A DNA stretch of 64,000 bases from an uncultured Candidatus Saccharibacteria bacterium (GTDB taxonomy: Bacteria; Patescibacteriota; Saccharimonadia; Saccharimonadales; 2-12-FULL-41-12), in NCBI GenBank assembly GCA_964573095.1, contig CAZNIK010000001.1, positions 56,507 to 120,506 of the forward strand, read 5' to 3'. Positions 8,873 through 18,280 of this stretch are shown here, piece after piece (positions within the stretch are counted from its first letter, which is position 1; each line of letters opens with the position of its first letter). Made by a program: the position numbers and the translations under genes. The notes below the pieces were generated by a model. It did no database searches. It had not been told where the DNA came from and was given only the letters and a program-made list of their open reading frames with translations.

Positions 8873-9774
8873 AACGGTTGTTTAAAAGGAAAAAGCTGGC
8901 ACGAAGGCAAACCGGTGATTCATCTTATACACGCGGTTCAGCCTATCATTATAGTGCCCGCCGAGCCGATGTGGAGCGAAGTCTCGACAGAGGTGCCGAT
9001 AGCTTTGAGCAACCCGACCCCCAGGCGAGAGGAAAAGTTGGCACGCTGGGTATCCTTTTTGCTGGGGTAGTCATTTTCGTATGTGCGATCTATATGCTAG
9101 GGTTATCAACCGATCCAAAAATAGTAGTTCATGGGAAGCGCGACCTACTACGAAACGAGCAGGAGTACTCAAAACAAGCCAAAGCCATACTCGAAAAGTC
9201 ATTGTCTAACAGATCAAAACTTACCTTAAATACGCAGAAGATAGAAACAGAGTTAACTACGCGATTTGCGGAGCTCTCCTCGGTTGACGTCAAGACGTCA
9301 CTGATACGGCACAAACCAATAATTAACCTCACACTTTCTCAGCCGTCGGCGATTTTGAGCACTAGAAGTTCAAAATTCTTGCTCGACGAAAACGGCAGAG
9401 CATTATTTGATATCATCAAAGATGCTCCAAATTTTGATACTAGCACACTGCCGCTTATAGAGGATAAAACGGAAATACCGGTGAGACTGGGGAAGCCTGC
9501 ACTTACGAGTGCCCAAGTGAACTTTATTCATGATATTGCGCTTCAATCGGAGGCAAGGCAGCTAAAAGTAAGTTCGATGGATTTGGTTGGCGGAGGAGGG
9601 GAGTTGGATGTTCGCTACGAAGGATTACCTTACTTTGTAAAGTTTAATTTTTTCGAAGATGCCAGGAAGAGCAGTGGAACGTTCTTTGCAGCCAAGGAAC
9701 GGCTTGAGCTAGAGAACAAACCACCAACCGAATATATAGACGTTCGGATCCCAGAACGTGCCTACGTAAAGTAG
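8869..9774 (+). CDS. FtsQ/DivIB-like cell division protein
   Basis: Single TM, POTRA-like region, C-terminal EYIDVRIPERAYVK; position after murG. Confidence 0.75.
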   Translation: MKRLFKRKKLARRQTGDSSYTRGSAYHYSARRADVERSLDRGADSFEQPDPQARGKVGTLGILFAGVVIFVCAIYMLGLSTDPKIVVHGKRDLLRNEQEYSKQAKAILEKSLSNRSKLTLNTQKIETELTTRFAELSSVDVKTSLIRHKPIINLTLSQPSAILSTRSSKFLLDENGRALFDIIKDAPNFDTSTLPLIEDKTEIPVRLGKPALTSAQVNFIHDIALQSEARQLKVSSMDLVGGGGELDVRYEGLPYFVKFNFFEDARKSSGTFFAAKERLELENKPPTEYIDVRIPERAYVK

Positions 9775-9960
9775 TTCCACTTCCGCTGCCCCACTATGTT
9801 CGCAAATTGTTCGCTATACATAAACGAACTAATAATTTAAAAACTATTCAATAACTTTATAATTAGAAATTGTCAAATATTATTATAAAAAGCGGGGAAA
9901 CAGGGGATTTGTGCCAAAAAATATATAAGACGTAAAATATAGCAAAAAAGCAAGTCATGC

Positions 9961-9969
9961 TGTGGATAA
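9961..9969. promoter_or_regulatory. Consensus DnaA box
   Basis: TGTGGATAA. Confidence 0.45.
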
Positions 9970-10030
9970 GTCTAGTGGTATGATTATTTTTCAGACACTA
10001 GACAAGAAAGAAGCATAAAAGGACCTCAGC

Positions 10031-10327
10031 ATGCAGGATGTAAGCAAAAGACAGTTAGCGATGTACGAGCCAATGGGCGACACTAGAACAGCAAACGGCA
10101 ATAACGGAACGCCAAAAAGTAGAATCCCCCGCTCCAGGGAGGTACTAGAAGACATCTACAGACCATTATATATAAGTCGCAAAATATACATTGTGCGACG
10201 TTATGTCTATAATTCAATGTGGGTTCACCCACTGTCTTTTGCAACTTTGTTTTTTGGTTTGTTTTATGGCTTTGCTTTGATTATGCATCTTCTACTTTAC
10301 CCTGCCGCCAGCTACCTAAATATATAG
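10031..10327 (+). CDS. Hypothetical small membrane protein
   Basis: AAAGGA before ATG; C-terminal hydrophobic segment. Confidence 0.5.
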   Translation: MQDVSKRQLAMYEPMGDTRTANGNNGTPKSRIPRSREVLEDIYRPLYISRKIYIVRRYVYNSMWVHPLSFATLFFGLFYGFALIMHLLLYPAASYLNI

Positions 10328-10569
10328 CCCATACGCACCCACACCTCAATTGAAGCCACGTTCTCCAGTGTTCGTATTTTGTTTAGAATATTTGCAAATG
10401 ATATTTTTTGTAAGCCAGCCAGAGACTTATCGAGCCTGTCTTCATAAGCTACGCGGCCGGCCTAAGAAATAAATTCATATATAGCCAAGTTATGCGCATT
10501 AAGTTAAGCCCTATTAACTTCTACTCTTCTGTTTATTTACACTGCCACAGAGCTTTAGACTCAGCTCTG

Positions 10570-12342
10570 CTAACTTTTGTGGGCCACAGAGAGGCGTGAT
10601 AGTATTCCGATAATTTCGTTTACATTGGACTCAATAAAGCCGTTTTCTATGTTGTTCTCTTGTCCTAAATAAGGCTTTGTTTGGTCAAGCTCTACTGAAA
10701 TGAGGGGCTTTAAGTCTTCATCGGGCATAGAGGCGGGACGACCGGATATAGTTAATTGGTGTATACCATCATGGACTAGAATTTTGGCTGCAACCACAGC
10801 TGAGGCTTTGGTTTTTCCTATCTGTTCGTTTTCGAACTCCGATTGGTAGCCTGTATGTACCAGCGCTAGTCTGGCAATACGCCGCATTAGCACCTCGTCA
10901 CACTTACGGACTTCACCGAGTAAGCTGTTGAAACGCTCACCGACTTTTAGGGTTGAGAAAATGCGACGATCACTGGCTTCAAGTTTTTCTAAACGACTAA
11001 GTGCGAGATCTAACGGTGCTTCACCCTCGTAGGGATTATAGTCTTTATCTGGATAGTCAAAGAAATTATTAAGTCTTTGGCGCACTTCCCGCTCAAGAGC
11101 CACTCCGCCGTCCCCAGAACCCCACTGGTCGCGATATTGCTCGTGTTCGTGTAGTAAGCCGGCCTCATAGCAATACCTGGCAATTTGTTGGGCCATCTCA
11201 CCCAAGCTACTTCGGACGTAATCAGTCTTTTCTGGTGTCTCAATGTCTTTAACTTGCGGTCTTGCTATAAGGGCAAATAATAGCTCGCGCACGACCTGTT
11301 GATGCTGCTTGGTACTAAGTTTTAGGTCGTCGGCATACTCTAATCTCGAGAAATCGCGGGAAATCGTCGCAATTTGTGTCGCCAAACCAGTTCTAGTTTC
11401 GGCGAAGATATCCACACGGCGTGCCGCATCCTTGTCTGTAGAAGGATGGGCAGCAACTAGGGCAACTTGTCGGTTATCGGCCAGAATGGTTTTGGGAATG
11501 ATGGTTGCTGTGTCGTGCGAGCGGGGTGCCGATGAACCAGAGCCATCAACTATCGTAAGGTCTCTACGCTCCCAATCCGGGCCTTTTAATTTTAATTTAG
11601 CAAAAATTTTTCTTACTAATTGCTTCTCATGGGCTTGAGCAAGCGATTCATGGCGTAAGTCAACCTGTTGATTTAAAAATTCTTGAATGACATCATAGGC
11701 CGGTTTTCTTTCAGACTTGTTCTCATGAGAAAAGCCTTTAATTACACTTCTCATGGCCTCAATTAGTCCGTGTCGCGAGGACCCATCGTCAGCTGTGGTT
11801 ACATAGAAATTGTCGTCATACATTTCCTCGCCAAGTTGCACATAGCTGCACTGACCATTTTTACGACGCGCAAAACTTGCAATCGGCAATAAAGTATCGC
11901 TGCCGACTTTTATTGCTAGCATTGGATCACCGTCAAGAACGTGAATCGTGCTTTTGGCTTCTGTTTTGCGAGGGATAAGCTTTCGGAATGATTTTAGGAT
12001 GGTTTTAGCATTAGGATCTTCAACGATGTTGATTGACTGCGCCACCACCAGGCTGGTCGAACGACCATGCAAGTTAAGGCGGTGTTGTGAATCCTTAGCC
12101 TCCAGATCTTGGCAAACAATTTGTTGGGATAGTTCGCTATTTCCCACGATGTATTTATATTCTATCCATCGCAGGCTCTTTCCGTTGACGAAAGCGCCTT
12201 GCATTAACTCGTTTGCCTCTTTACTGAGGTCAGCTGCTGCAATGCTACAGTCTGAAAACTCCATGCTTAGAGCGCCGCCCAAAAGGCTGCGCTCTAGCTC
12301 ATGATTGGTTTTGAGTACTGGATCTTGCTCGCCGTGAATCAT
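10570..12342 (-). CDS. Hypothetical protein (590 aa, no recognised motif)
   Basis: Long ORF with GGAG upstream; soluble composition. Confidence 0.75.
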   Translation of the reverse strand: MIHGEQDPVLKTNHELERSLLGGALSMEFSDCSIAAADLSKEANELMQGAFVNGKSLRWIEYKYIVGNSELSQQIVCQDLEAKDSQHRLNLHGRSTSLVVAQSINIVEDPNAKTILKSFRKLIPRKTEAKSTIHVLDGDPMLAIKVGSDTLLPIASFARRKNGQCSYVQLGEEMYDDNFYVTTADDGSSRHGLIEAMRSVIKGFSHENKSERKPAYDVIQEFLNQQVDLRHESLAQAHEKQLVRKIFAKLKLKGPDWERRDLTIVDGSGSSAPRSHDTATIIPKTILADNRQVALVAAHPSTDKDAARRVDIFAETRTGLATQIATISRDFSRLEYADDLKLSTKQHQQVVRELLFALIARPQVKDIETPEKTDYVRSSLGEMAQQIARYCYEAGLLHEHEQYRDQWGSGDGGVALEREVRQRLNNFFDYPDKDYNPYEGEAPLDLALSRLEKLEASDRRIFSTLKVGERFNSLLGEVRKCDEVLMRRIARLALVHTGYQSEFENEQIGKTKASAVVAAKILVHDGIHQLTISGRPASMPDEDLKPLISVELDQTKPYLGQENNIENGFIESNVNEIIGILSRLSVAHKS

Positions 12343-12374
12343 TTAGGGTAACTCCAGCAATACCTAATTAAGTG

Positions 12375-13400
12375 CTATTCGGCGAGAGCGTAGGTTGCTT
12401 TCGCGGTGCGCTGGAATTGGTCCTTCCCTTGCAGGTTGAGGAGAATAGTCGTTTCTTTTACGTAGCGACTTTTCAAAACTCGCTTTACAATCTCATCACG
12501 ATGCAGTGGTTCGCCGGCTTCTTTTAGAACATCAGAGATAATGTCGGCAACAGTACCTTTTTTGTAGCCCCATTCCTTTAGGGCGTAGATACCCCTACCG
12601 ATAAGCACAAAACGTTTGTCTTTAATTAGTTCGTTATGAATAGCTTGCGTCGTTACGTCCTTGCGCTTGAAATCGCTTTTTTTGATTGCATCTGCAATCT
12701 CATTAAAGTGCATATGCTTGCCGTTTTGCTGCAAAATTACATAAATCTTGTCGCGAATATTCTTTGGGTTGACGGTTGGCCATTTGATAAGCCCCCATTT
12801 ACCGTTTAGAGTCGCCAAGTTCTTAGATGTCGTAGAAAGCGCCTCTGTGTGCTTCGGGTCTTTGTGCCCCGCTTGGGTAGCTACGACGTCTGCGGTTGCG
12901 GGCTCTCCGATTGCTTTTATGGCGTCAATAATTGTACTGACAAGTTTATGGACTTTCTTTTCGTCGTGCACTGTGGCGATGGTGATTGATTGATGAAAAT
13001 GATCATTGTCCGAAATTACGGTAAGTTTTGGTGCGAGTTCTGCCACAAACGCCAGACGGGCTTGGTCTATCTTCGTGCTTGCTTCTTTCGTAAGCGTATT
13101 TGCGAGATTAGACACTCGAGCAATTTTTCCAGATTTCTCAAGCACCTCAATAACCGTCTTTTGAAATTGCTCAACTCCTTGCAGTTCACCTGCATCGGCG
13201 TGCGCCCGCAGACGAGCCATAACGGCTTTTTCTAATTGGCGCACTCGTTCTCGAGTAATTCCGAGAAGCTCCCCTATTTGCTCCAATGTTTCTTTTCGAT
13301 CATATAGACCATATCGACGTGCAACAATTTCGCGCTCTCTTTCGCGCTCTATAGTGCCCAGAATTTGCTTGATGAGTTGTTCGATTTCTTTCTTCGTCAT
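12375..13400 (-). CDS. Sigma-70 region-4 HTH plus tandem HARE-HTH (RNAP delta-like) protein
   Basis: TLEQIGELLGITRERVRQLE; MHFNEIA...AIHNELIKDKRFVLIGRGIYAL; ATG 13400 preferred. Confidence 0.8.
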   Translation of the reverse strand: MTKKEIEQLIKQILGTIEREREREIVARRYGLYDRKETLEQIGELLGITRERVRQLEKAVMARLRAHADAGELQGVEQFQKTVIEVLEKSGKIARVSNLANTLTKEASTKIDQARLAFVAELAPKLTVISDNDHFHQSITIATVHDEKKVHKLVSTIIDAIKAIGEPATADVVATQAGHKDPKHTEALSTTSKNLATLNGKWGLIKWPTVNPKNIRDKIYVILQQNGKHMHFNEIADAIKKSDFKRKDVTTQAIHNELIKDKRFVLIGRGIYALKEWGYKKGTVADIISDVLKEAGEPLHRDEIVKRVLKSRYVKETTILLNLQGKDQFQRTAKATYALAE

Positions 13401-13461
13401 TCGCCGTATATGTTCCTTCTCTTCTCTGCCGGGGTAGCACAAAATGATTAACGTAAGTATT

Positions 13462-13490
13462 ATTATATCACTTATATATAATCAAGTCAA
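13462..13490 (-). promoter_or_regulatory. Sigma-70 promoter
   Basis: TTGACT-17 nt-TATAAT on the minus strand. Confidence 0.8.
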
Positions 13491-13681
13491 ATATATATAA
13501 TAATGAATGCTTGCCACCTTTGTCTCAAATAACCCCGTTAGTATATGAGTTTTTGTTAATTCACTTCCCTAGCAAAAACAGATTATTGCTGTTTTGTGAA
13601 CTTATTGTAACACGAAGTTTTGTATTGTGTCTAATTTATGCGTTAGCAGTTTGAAAAGCCCAGGAAATAGGTTGTAGTTAA

Positions 13682-15964
13682 CTATTTTTTGCGCCGTTGT
13701 AGTCTTTTTTTGCGGGCTGGCGCTTTAGAGAGCATTTCTCTGCATGCCTCCTCTGTTAAAGACTTGGGATCAACATCTTTAGGGATACGAGCATTTTTTG
13801 TTCCGTCACTGACATATGGCCCGTATGGCCCATTGATTATGGCGATGCCGCTGTCAAACTTTGCAATATACTTGTCCGCTTCTTTTGCTTGTTTTTCGGC
13901 ATAAAGCGTGCGAGCTTCTTGTTCGGATATTGTGAGAGGGTCACGTGGTTTTATAGAGACAAACATCGATTCAATCTGAATGTATGGTCCAAATCGACCA
14001 ATATTTGCCTTAATGTCCTTTCCGTCTTCGGTTTTACCAACCACACGGGGCAATTTGAACATTTCGAGCGCTTGCTCCAAAGTGACAGTCTTGATGGTAG
14101 CTCCTTCTGGCAATGGTGCAAATTGTGGCTTTTCTTCGTCCTCTGTTGAGCCCTTTTGTAGCATTGGCCCAAACTTACCATATCGCGCCACGATCGGCTT
14201 GCCGGTCTTTTCATCTGTCCCTAGCGATCGTGCTTTGGAAGTTTCTTCGCGGGTCACGTTGGCTGATTTTTCTATGAGGGGGTGGAAATCCTTATAGAAG
14301 TTTTTTATCATATCTTGCCAAGTGCCTTGCCCTTCTGCAATATGATCAAAACTCTCTTCGACCTTTGCCGTAAAGTCATAGTCTAGTATTGGGCCAAAAT
14401 GGGTGGTTAAAAAGTCGGTAGTAATGTCAGCGAGATGAGTTGGAATCAGTTTTGCTCGCTCAACCCCCGCTGTCTCGGTGGTGGTTTGCTCTTCAATTTT
14501 TTTGTCCCTCAGCACAAAGTTTTGAAGTTCTCTGGTAATACCTTCGCTATCAACCCTCTCAACATAGCCTCTGGTTTGGATAGTAGAAATAGTGGGGGCG
14601 TATGTGCTTGGACGTCCAATGCCCAGCTCTTCAAGTTTGCGCACCAGCGAAGCTTCAGAGAATCTAGCGGGTGGGCGATCAAAAGCTTGAACGGCTCGTA
14701 CATGGTCAAGCGGTAATCGGTCCCCCGCACTCACCTTAGGAAGTATCGTGTCTTCCTTGCCGCCGCCGTATACTTTTAGATAACCATCAAACACCAATAC
14801 TTCGCCCTTGCCAACAAATCGTTCCTCTCGAGTATTGATTTTGATGGTAACTTCAGTTCGTTCAATCTTTGCACTCGCCATTTGACTTGCCAGCGTTCGT
14901 CGCCATATTAGCTGATACAGCTTTCTTTGCAGTTCATCACTTCCAGCTTCTTTTTGATCAAAATTCGTTGGACGAATTGCTTCGTGGGCTTCTTGGGCAG
15001 CCGCATTTTTTGTTTTGTAGGTCCTTAGTTGATGGTAGTCCGCTCCAAAGGATTTCGTAATATAGATTTTTGCCCCATTTAATGAGGTAGTTGAAAGATT
15101 TGTGCTGTCGGTTCGCATATAGGTTATATGGCCTGTTTCGTAGAGGCGTTGGGCGAGCGTCATCGTTTGACGGACGCTGAACCCAAGCTTGGACGCTGCC
15201 TCCTGCTGCAAACTGCTCGTGGTGAATGGCGGGCTTGGATTGCGTACTGCCGGTTTACTCGCAACGTCGACAACTGAAAATTCGGCATCTTTTAGGTCGT
15301 CTAAAAATTTTTGGACTGTGGCGTGGTCGCTCAAAGGCTTTTGGAGCTCTGCTTTTAGTGTCGTGTCGTTGACGGTAAAATAGGCGCTAACTTTGAAATG
15401 TGAGCCAGCCGTAAATTGCTCGATTTCACGTTCTCTCTCTACTATTAGACGAACGGCAACAGACTGCACGCGCCCCGCGCTAAGGCCGGTTTGGACCTTT
15501 TTCCAGAGAACTGGCGACAGCTCGTAGCCAACGAGCCGATCAAGAACCCGTCGTGCTTGTTGGGCATCCACAAGGTTAATATCAACGGTTCTGGGGTTCT
15601 TAATTGATGCGTCAATTGCTGGCTTGGTTATTTCGTGAAACACAATGCGTTTGGTGGTTTTTGGATCAAGCCCGAGTGCCTCACACAGGTGCCAGGCAAT
15701 CGCCTCTCCTTCGCGGTCTTCATCACTTGCCAGCCAAACAGCTTCGGCTGCCTTGGCATCCCTTTTTAGCTGAGCAACAATCTTCTTTTTGTCGTCAGAT
15801 ATTTCATAGGAAGGCCTAAAGTCGTTCTCTTTGTCAATGGCGAGGCCTTTTTTTGGCAAATCACGAATGTGACCAAAACTACTTTTTACTGAAAAATTAC
15901 TTCCGAGATAGCGCTCGATAGTTTTGGCCTTAGCTGGGCTTTCAACGATGACTAGGTTCTTCAT
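13682..15964 (-). CDS. topA: DNA topoisomerase I
   Basis: LVIVESPAKAKTI, DEDREGEAIAWH, SAGRVQS, ITYMRTDS, Topo_C repeats (GRFGPY). Confidence 0.98.
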   Translation of the reverse strand: MKNLVIVESPAKAKTIERYLGSNFSVKSSFGHIRDLPKKGLAIDKENDFRPSYEISDDKKKIVAQLKRDAKAAEAVWLASDEDREGEAIAWHLCEALGLDPKTTKRIVFHEITKPAIDASIKNPRTVDINLVDAQQARRVLDRLVGYELSPVLWKKVQTGLSAGRVQSVAVRLIVEREREIEQFTAGSHFKVSAYFTVNDTTLKAELQKPLSDHATVQKFLDDLKDAEFSVVDVASKPAVRNPSPPFTTSSLQQEAASKLGFSVRQTMTLAQRLYETGHITYMRTDSTNLSTTSLNGAKIYITKSFGADYHQLRTYKTKNAAAQEAHEAIRPTNFDQKEAGSDELQRKLYQLIWRRTLASQMASAKIERTEVTIKINTREERFVGKGEVLVFDGYLKVYGGGKEDTILPKVSAGDRLPLDHVRAVQAFDRPPARFSEASLVRKLEELGIGRPSTYAPTISTIQTRGYVERVDSEGITRELQNFVLRDKKIEEQTTTETAGVERAKLIPTHLADITTDFLTTHFGPILDYDFTAKVEESFDHIAEGQGTWQDMIKNFYKDFHPLIEKSANVTREETSKARSLGTDEKTGKPIVARYGKFGPMLQKGSTEDEEKPQFAPLPEGATIKTVTLEQALEMFKLPRVVGKTEDGKDIKANIGRFGPYIQIESMFVSIKPRDPLTISEQEARTLYAEKQAKEADKYIAKFDSGIAIINGPYGPYVSDGTKNARIPKDVDPKSLTEEACREMLSKAPARKKRLQRRKK

Positions 15965-16041
15965 ATTATTATGTAAGTAATAACGCTTAGTATAGCGGTT
16001 ACAATTTCATACACTACGCGCTTTGTTGGAAGAAATCAAGT

Positions 16042-16899
16042 TTAGCGAATATACCAATTCCCGCCACGCGGCTGGACGACGCCCTTTATCTCGAGCAGTG
16101 TGAGTTGTGCTTGAAATTGCTCCGGTTTTAGGCCGCTTTTTTCAAGCAGTTCGTGGCTGCTGTGCGTGCCACGTCCTATCAAATCGAGGAGTTGTCTCTC
16201 TGTTTCGTTTTCTGGATAATATTCGTTCCCAAGACTGGTTTGCTCTATGTCCAGTTCGCGCAGGATATCATCGGCCGACAACACTGGAGCTGCGCCGTTT
16301 TGGATTAGCGTATTGGTTCCTTTGCTGGTTGCGCTGGTAATATCGCCTGGTACCGCCATTACTGTTATTCCAAGTTCAAGCGCAAATTGGGCCGTATGCA
16401 AGCTACCACTTTTTTCTGCTGCTTCAGTAATTACCAGCACGTCAGACAGTGCCGCAATCAGTCTGTTTCTCTCTATAAATTGGTGTTTTAGGCCTGGAGC
16501 ATCTTCGGGATACTCACTAATAAGTAGTCCGCCTCGTTCGATAATTTTCATTGCCAAGCCATAATGTGATGAGGGATAAATATTTCGTAGTCCAGTTGGC
16601 AAGACCGCAATCGTTTTTCCGTTTTGTTCTACCACCTCGCGGTGAGCAACGCTGTCTACCCCAAGGGCGAGTCCACTTACGATCGGTATGCCTCGCGCCG
16701 TAAGCGCCCTCGAAATAGAGCTTGTTACTTCCCTGCCGTAGTTACTTATTTTTCGTGAGCCCACTATACCGACAATTGGTTGGTGGTCCAGAAGCTGGAC
16801 ATTGCCAATTGCGTGTAACTTCTTTGGGCGCTGGTGAAGAGCAGCCAGCTTTTTTGGAAGCGGTGTTTCGGTAATGGTTATTATTTTATTAATTTGCAT
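16042..16899 (-). CDS. dprA: DNA-processing protein DprA
   Basis: IVGSR, VSGLALGVD, FIERNRLIAALS, EAAEKSGSL, C-terminal winged helix. Confidence 0.96.
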   Translation of the reverse strand: MQINKIITITETPLPKKLAALHQRPKKLHAIGNVQLLDHQPIVGIVGSRKISNYGREVTSSISRALTARGIPIVSGLALGVDSVAHREVVEQNGKTIAVLPTGLRNIYPSSHYGLAMKIIERGGLLISEYPEDAPGLKHQFIERNRLIAALSDVLVITEAAEKSGSLHTAQFALELGITVMAVPGDITSATSKGTNTLIQNGAAPVLSADDILRELDIEQTSLGNEYYPENETERQLLDLIGRGTHSSHELLEKSGLKPEQFQAQLTLLEIKGVVQPRGGNWYIR

Positions 16900-16923
16900 T
16901 TAATACAAAAAAGTTAAATAGTC

Positions 16924-16952
16924 TTGACACAATGAAATATATTTGCTATTAT
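16924..16952 (+). promoter_or_regulatory. Sigma-70 promoter with extended -10
   Basis: TTGACA-17 nt-TATTAT with TG-C before the -10. Confidence 0.8.
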
Positions 16953-16957
16953 TGCAA

Positions 16958-17288
16958 TTCTGAAGAGTTCTATCTGATTTAGGACTTTTTGTACCTTCCA
17001 TACCCCAATGTTAGATTGTCCTAAAGCATGTGTTGCTGTTTGTCGCTTTTACCCTCCGCGACTTACAAGTATACCGACTTCAACTTAGATTGTAAGCTGT
17101 TTTAGGGCACACTAATCCCTTTGACCACTGTCGCCCTCCTCGTGTTTATTGAGTTGTAGGGTCTAAAGAACAGCGAAACGCCGGTGTTGTCTATGCTTTT
17201 TGCGAGAATAGATAACAACTTCAAGGTGGGTTGAAGGGTGTAATGAGCCTCCAGCGGTGCCCACCCCCTCTGGAGGCTCTTCATTTTT
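16958..17288 (+). ncRNA. Candidate ~330-nt structured non-coding RNA
   Basis: Own promoter, no + strand ORF in the track, several stems, ends in a terminator. Confidence 0.65.
17245..17288 (+). terminator. Intrinsic terminator
   Basis: GAGCCTCCAG/CTGGAGGCTC 10-bp stem followed by TTCATTTTT. Confidence 0.7.
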
Positions 17289-17325
17289 AGCTGTATAATG
17301 GCAAGGCTAAAGCGTACAAGTTGCT

Positions 17326-17604
17326 ATGGAGCTTATAGGAAACAGAGTCGAGTTTGACGATCAAGACTTTTTGCAGATTGGCATACGTGGTCCAATGCTG
17401 CTTCGTGAGGCTTGGAATGAATACGAGAGAACACTGGACGACATCAGTGACTTAAATATGAAGTTTCAAAATGAGTTTGATTACATGCCCGACGCGGAAC
17501 AAATGCAGCTTAGGATAGATCAAGCGCGGGCTGGAAGTCGGTTGGTCTGCATGCAAAGGCTTACGGCCGTCGCTTTGATGCGCGAAATTGAGTCTATAGG
17601 GTAA
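17326..17604 (+). CDS. Hypothetical protein (92 aa)
   Basis: TATAAT upstream; protein-like acidic helical composition. Confidence 0.6.
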   Translation: MELIGNRVEFDDQDFLQIGIRGPMLLREAWNEYERTLDDISDLNMKFQNEFDYMPDAEQMQLRIDQARAGSRLVCMQRLTAVALMREIESIG

Positions 17605-18235
17605 ACGACCGTGTTTCCTCTTGAAGTTGCCCAGCGTTGTGGGCATATTCACTTAGTATCGAGTTTGCTTCAATAAGCAGTAATGGGATCATTGCTGTAT
17701 CTTTTTTGCCAAACGCAGCAAGTACAAAATCGGCACTATCTATGTGAGCCGACGAATTTGGTCCAATGCCAATCCTCAGTCGACCGAAATCATCACCACA
17801 GTGGGCGATGAGCGACTTTACTCCGTTGTGACCCGCACTTCCTCCGCCGATGCGAGTTCTAATGTGCCCGAAATGAATGTCTAGCTCGTCGTACACCACC
17901 AGCGTCGAGGAATTGGCAATTTTGTAAAATCTTTGAACTGCTTGCAGCGCCCTTCCACTCTCGTTCATGTAGGTCGTTGGTTTACATAAAATTACTCGAG
18001 TTGAGCCAATGGTTTTTGATGTAGTCACGCAAAACTGATCTTTCTTGCTAACCCACGGATCAAAACCATGTTTGGCCGCAAAAAAATCAATAATTTCAAA
18101 GCCAATATTGTGTCTAGTATTGTTATATTCTTTACCAATGTTTCCAAGGCCGACAATCAAGACGGTCTTGTTCATGCCAGTGGTATACAAAGGAGCGTTA
18201 TCACCGGTACTTGGCCGTTCTTGGAACAACCCCAT
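17594..18235 (-). CDS. pth: Peptidyl-tRNA hydrolase
   Basis: IVGLGNIG, TRHNIGF, KPTTYMNESG, YDELD, GGSAGHNGVKS, RLRIGIG. Confidence 0.97.
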   Translation of the reverse strand: MGLFQERPSTGDNAPLYTTGMNKTVLIVGLGNIGKEYNNTRHNIGFEIIDFFAAKHGFDPWVSKKDQFCVTTSKTIGSTRVILCKPTTYMNESGRALQAVQRFYKIANSSTLVVYDELDIHFGHIRTRIGGGSAGHNGVKSLIAHCGDDFGRLRIGIGPNSSAHIDSADFVLAAFGKKDTAMIPLLLIEANSILSEYAHNAGQLQEETRSFTL

Positions 18236-18280
18236 TAATCACTGCCCCGAGAAGTGTTGTTTCGACAGCTATGCATTATT

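Noticed and set aside
17040-17145. CsrB/RsmY-like GGA-loop RNA on the minus strand
   Set aside because: Promoter, terminator U-tract and G-U pairs all favour the + strand, and there are few GGA loops
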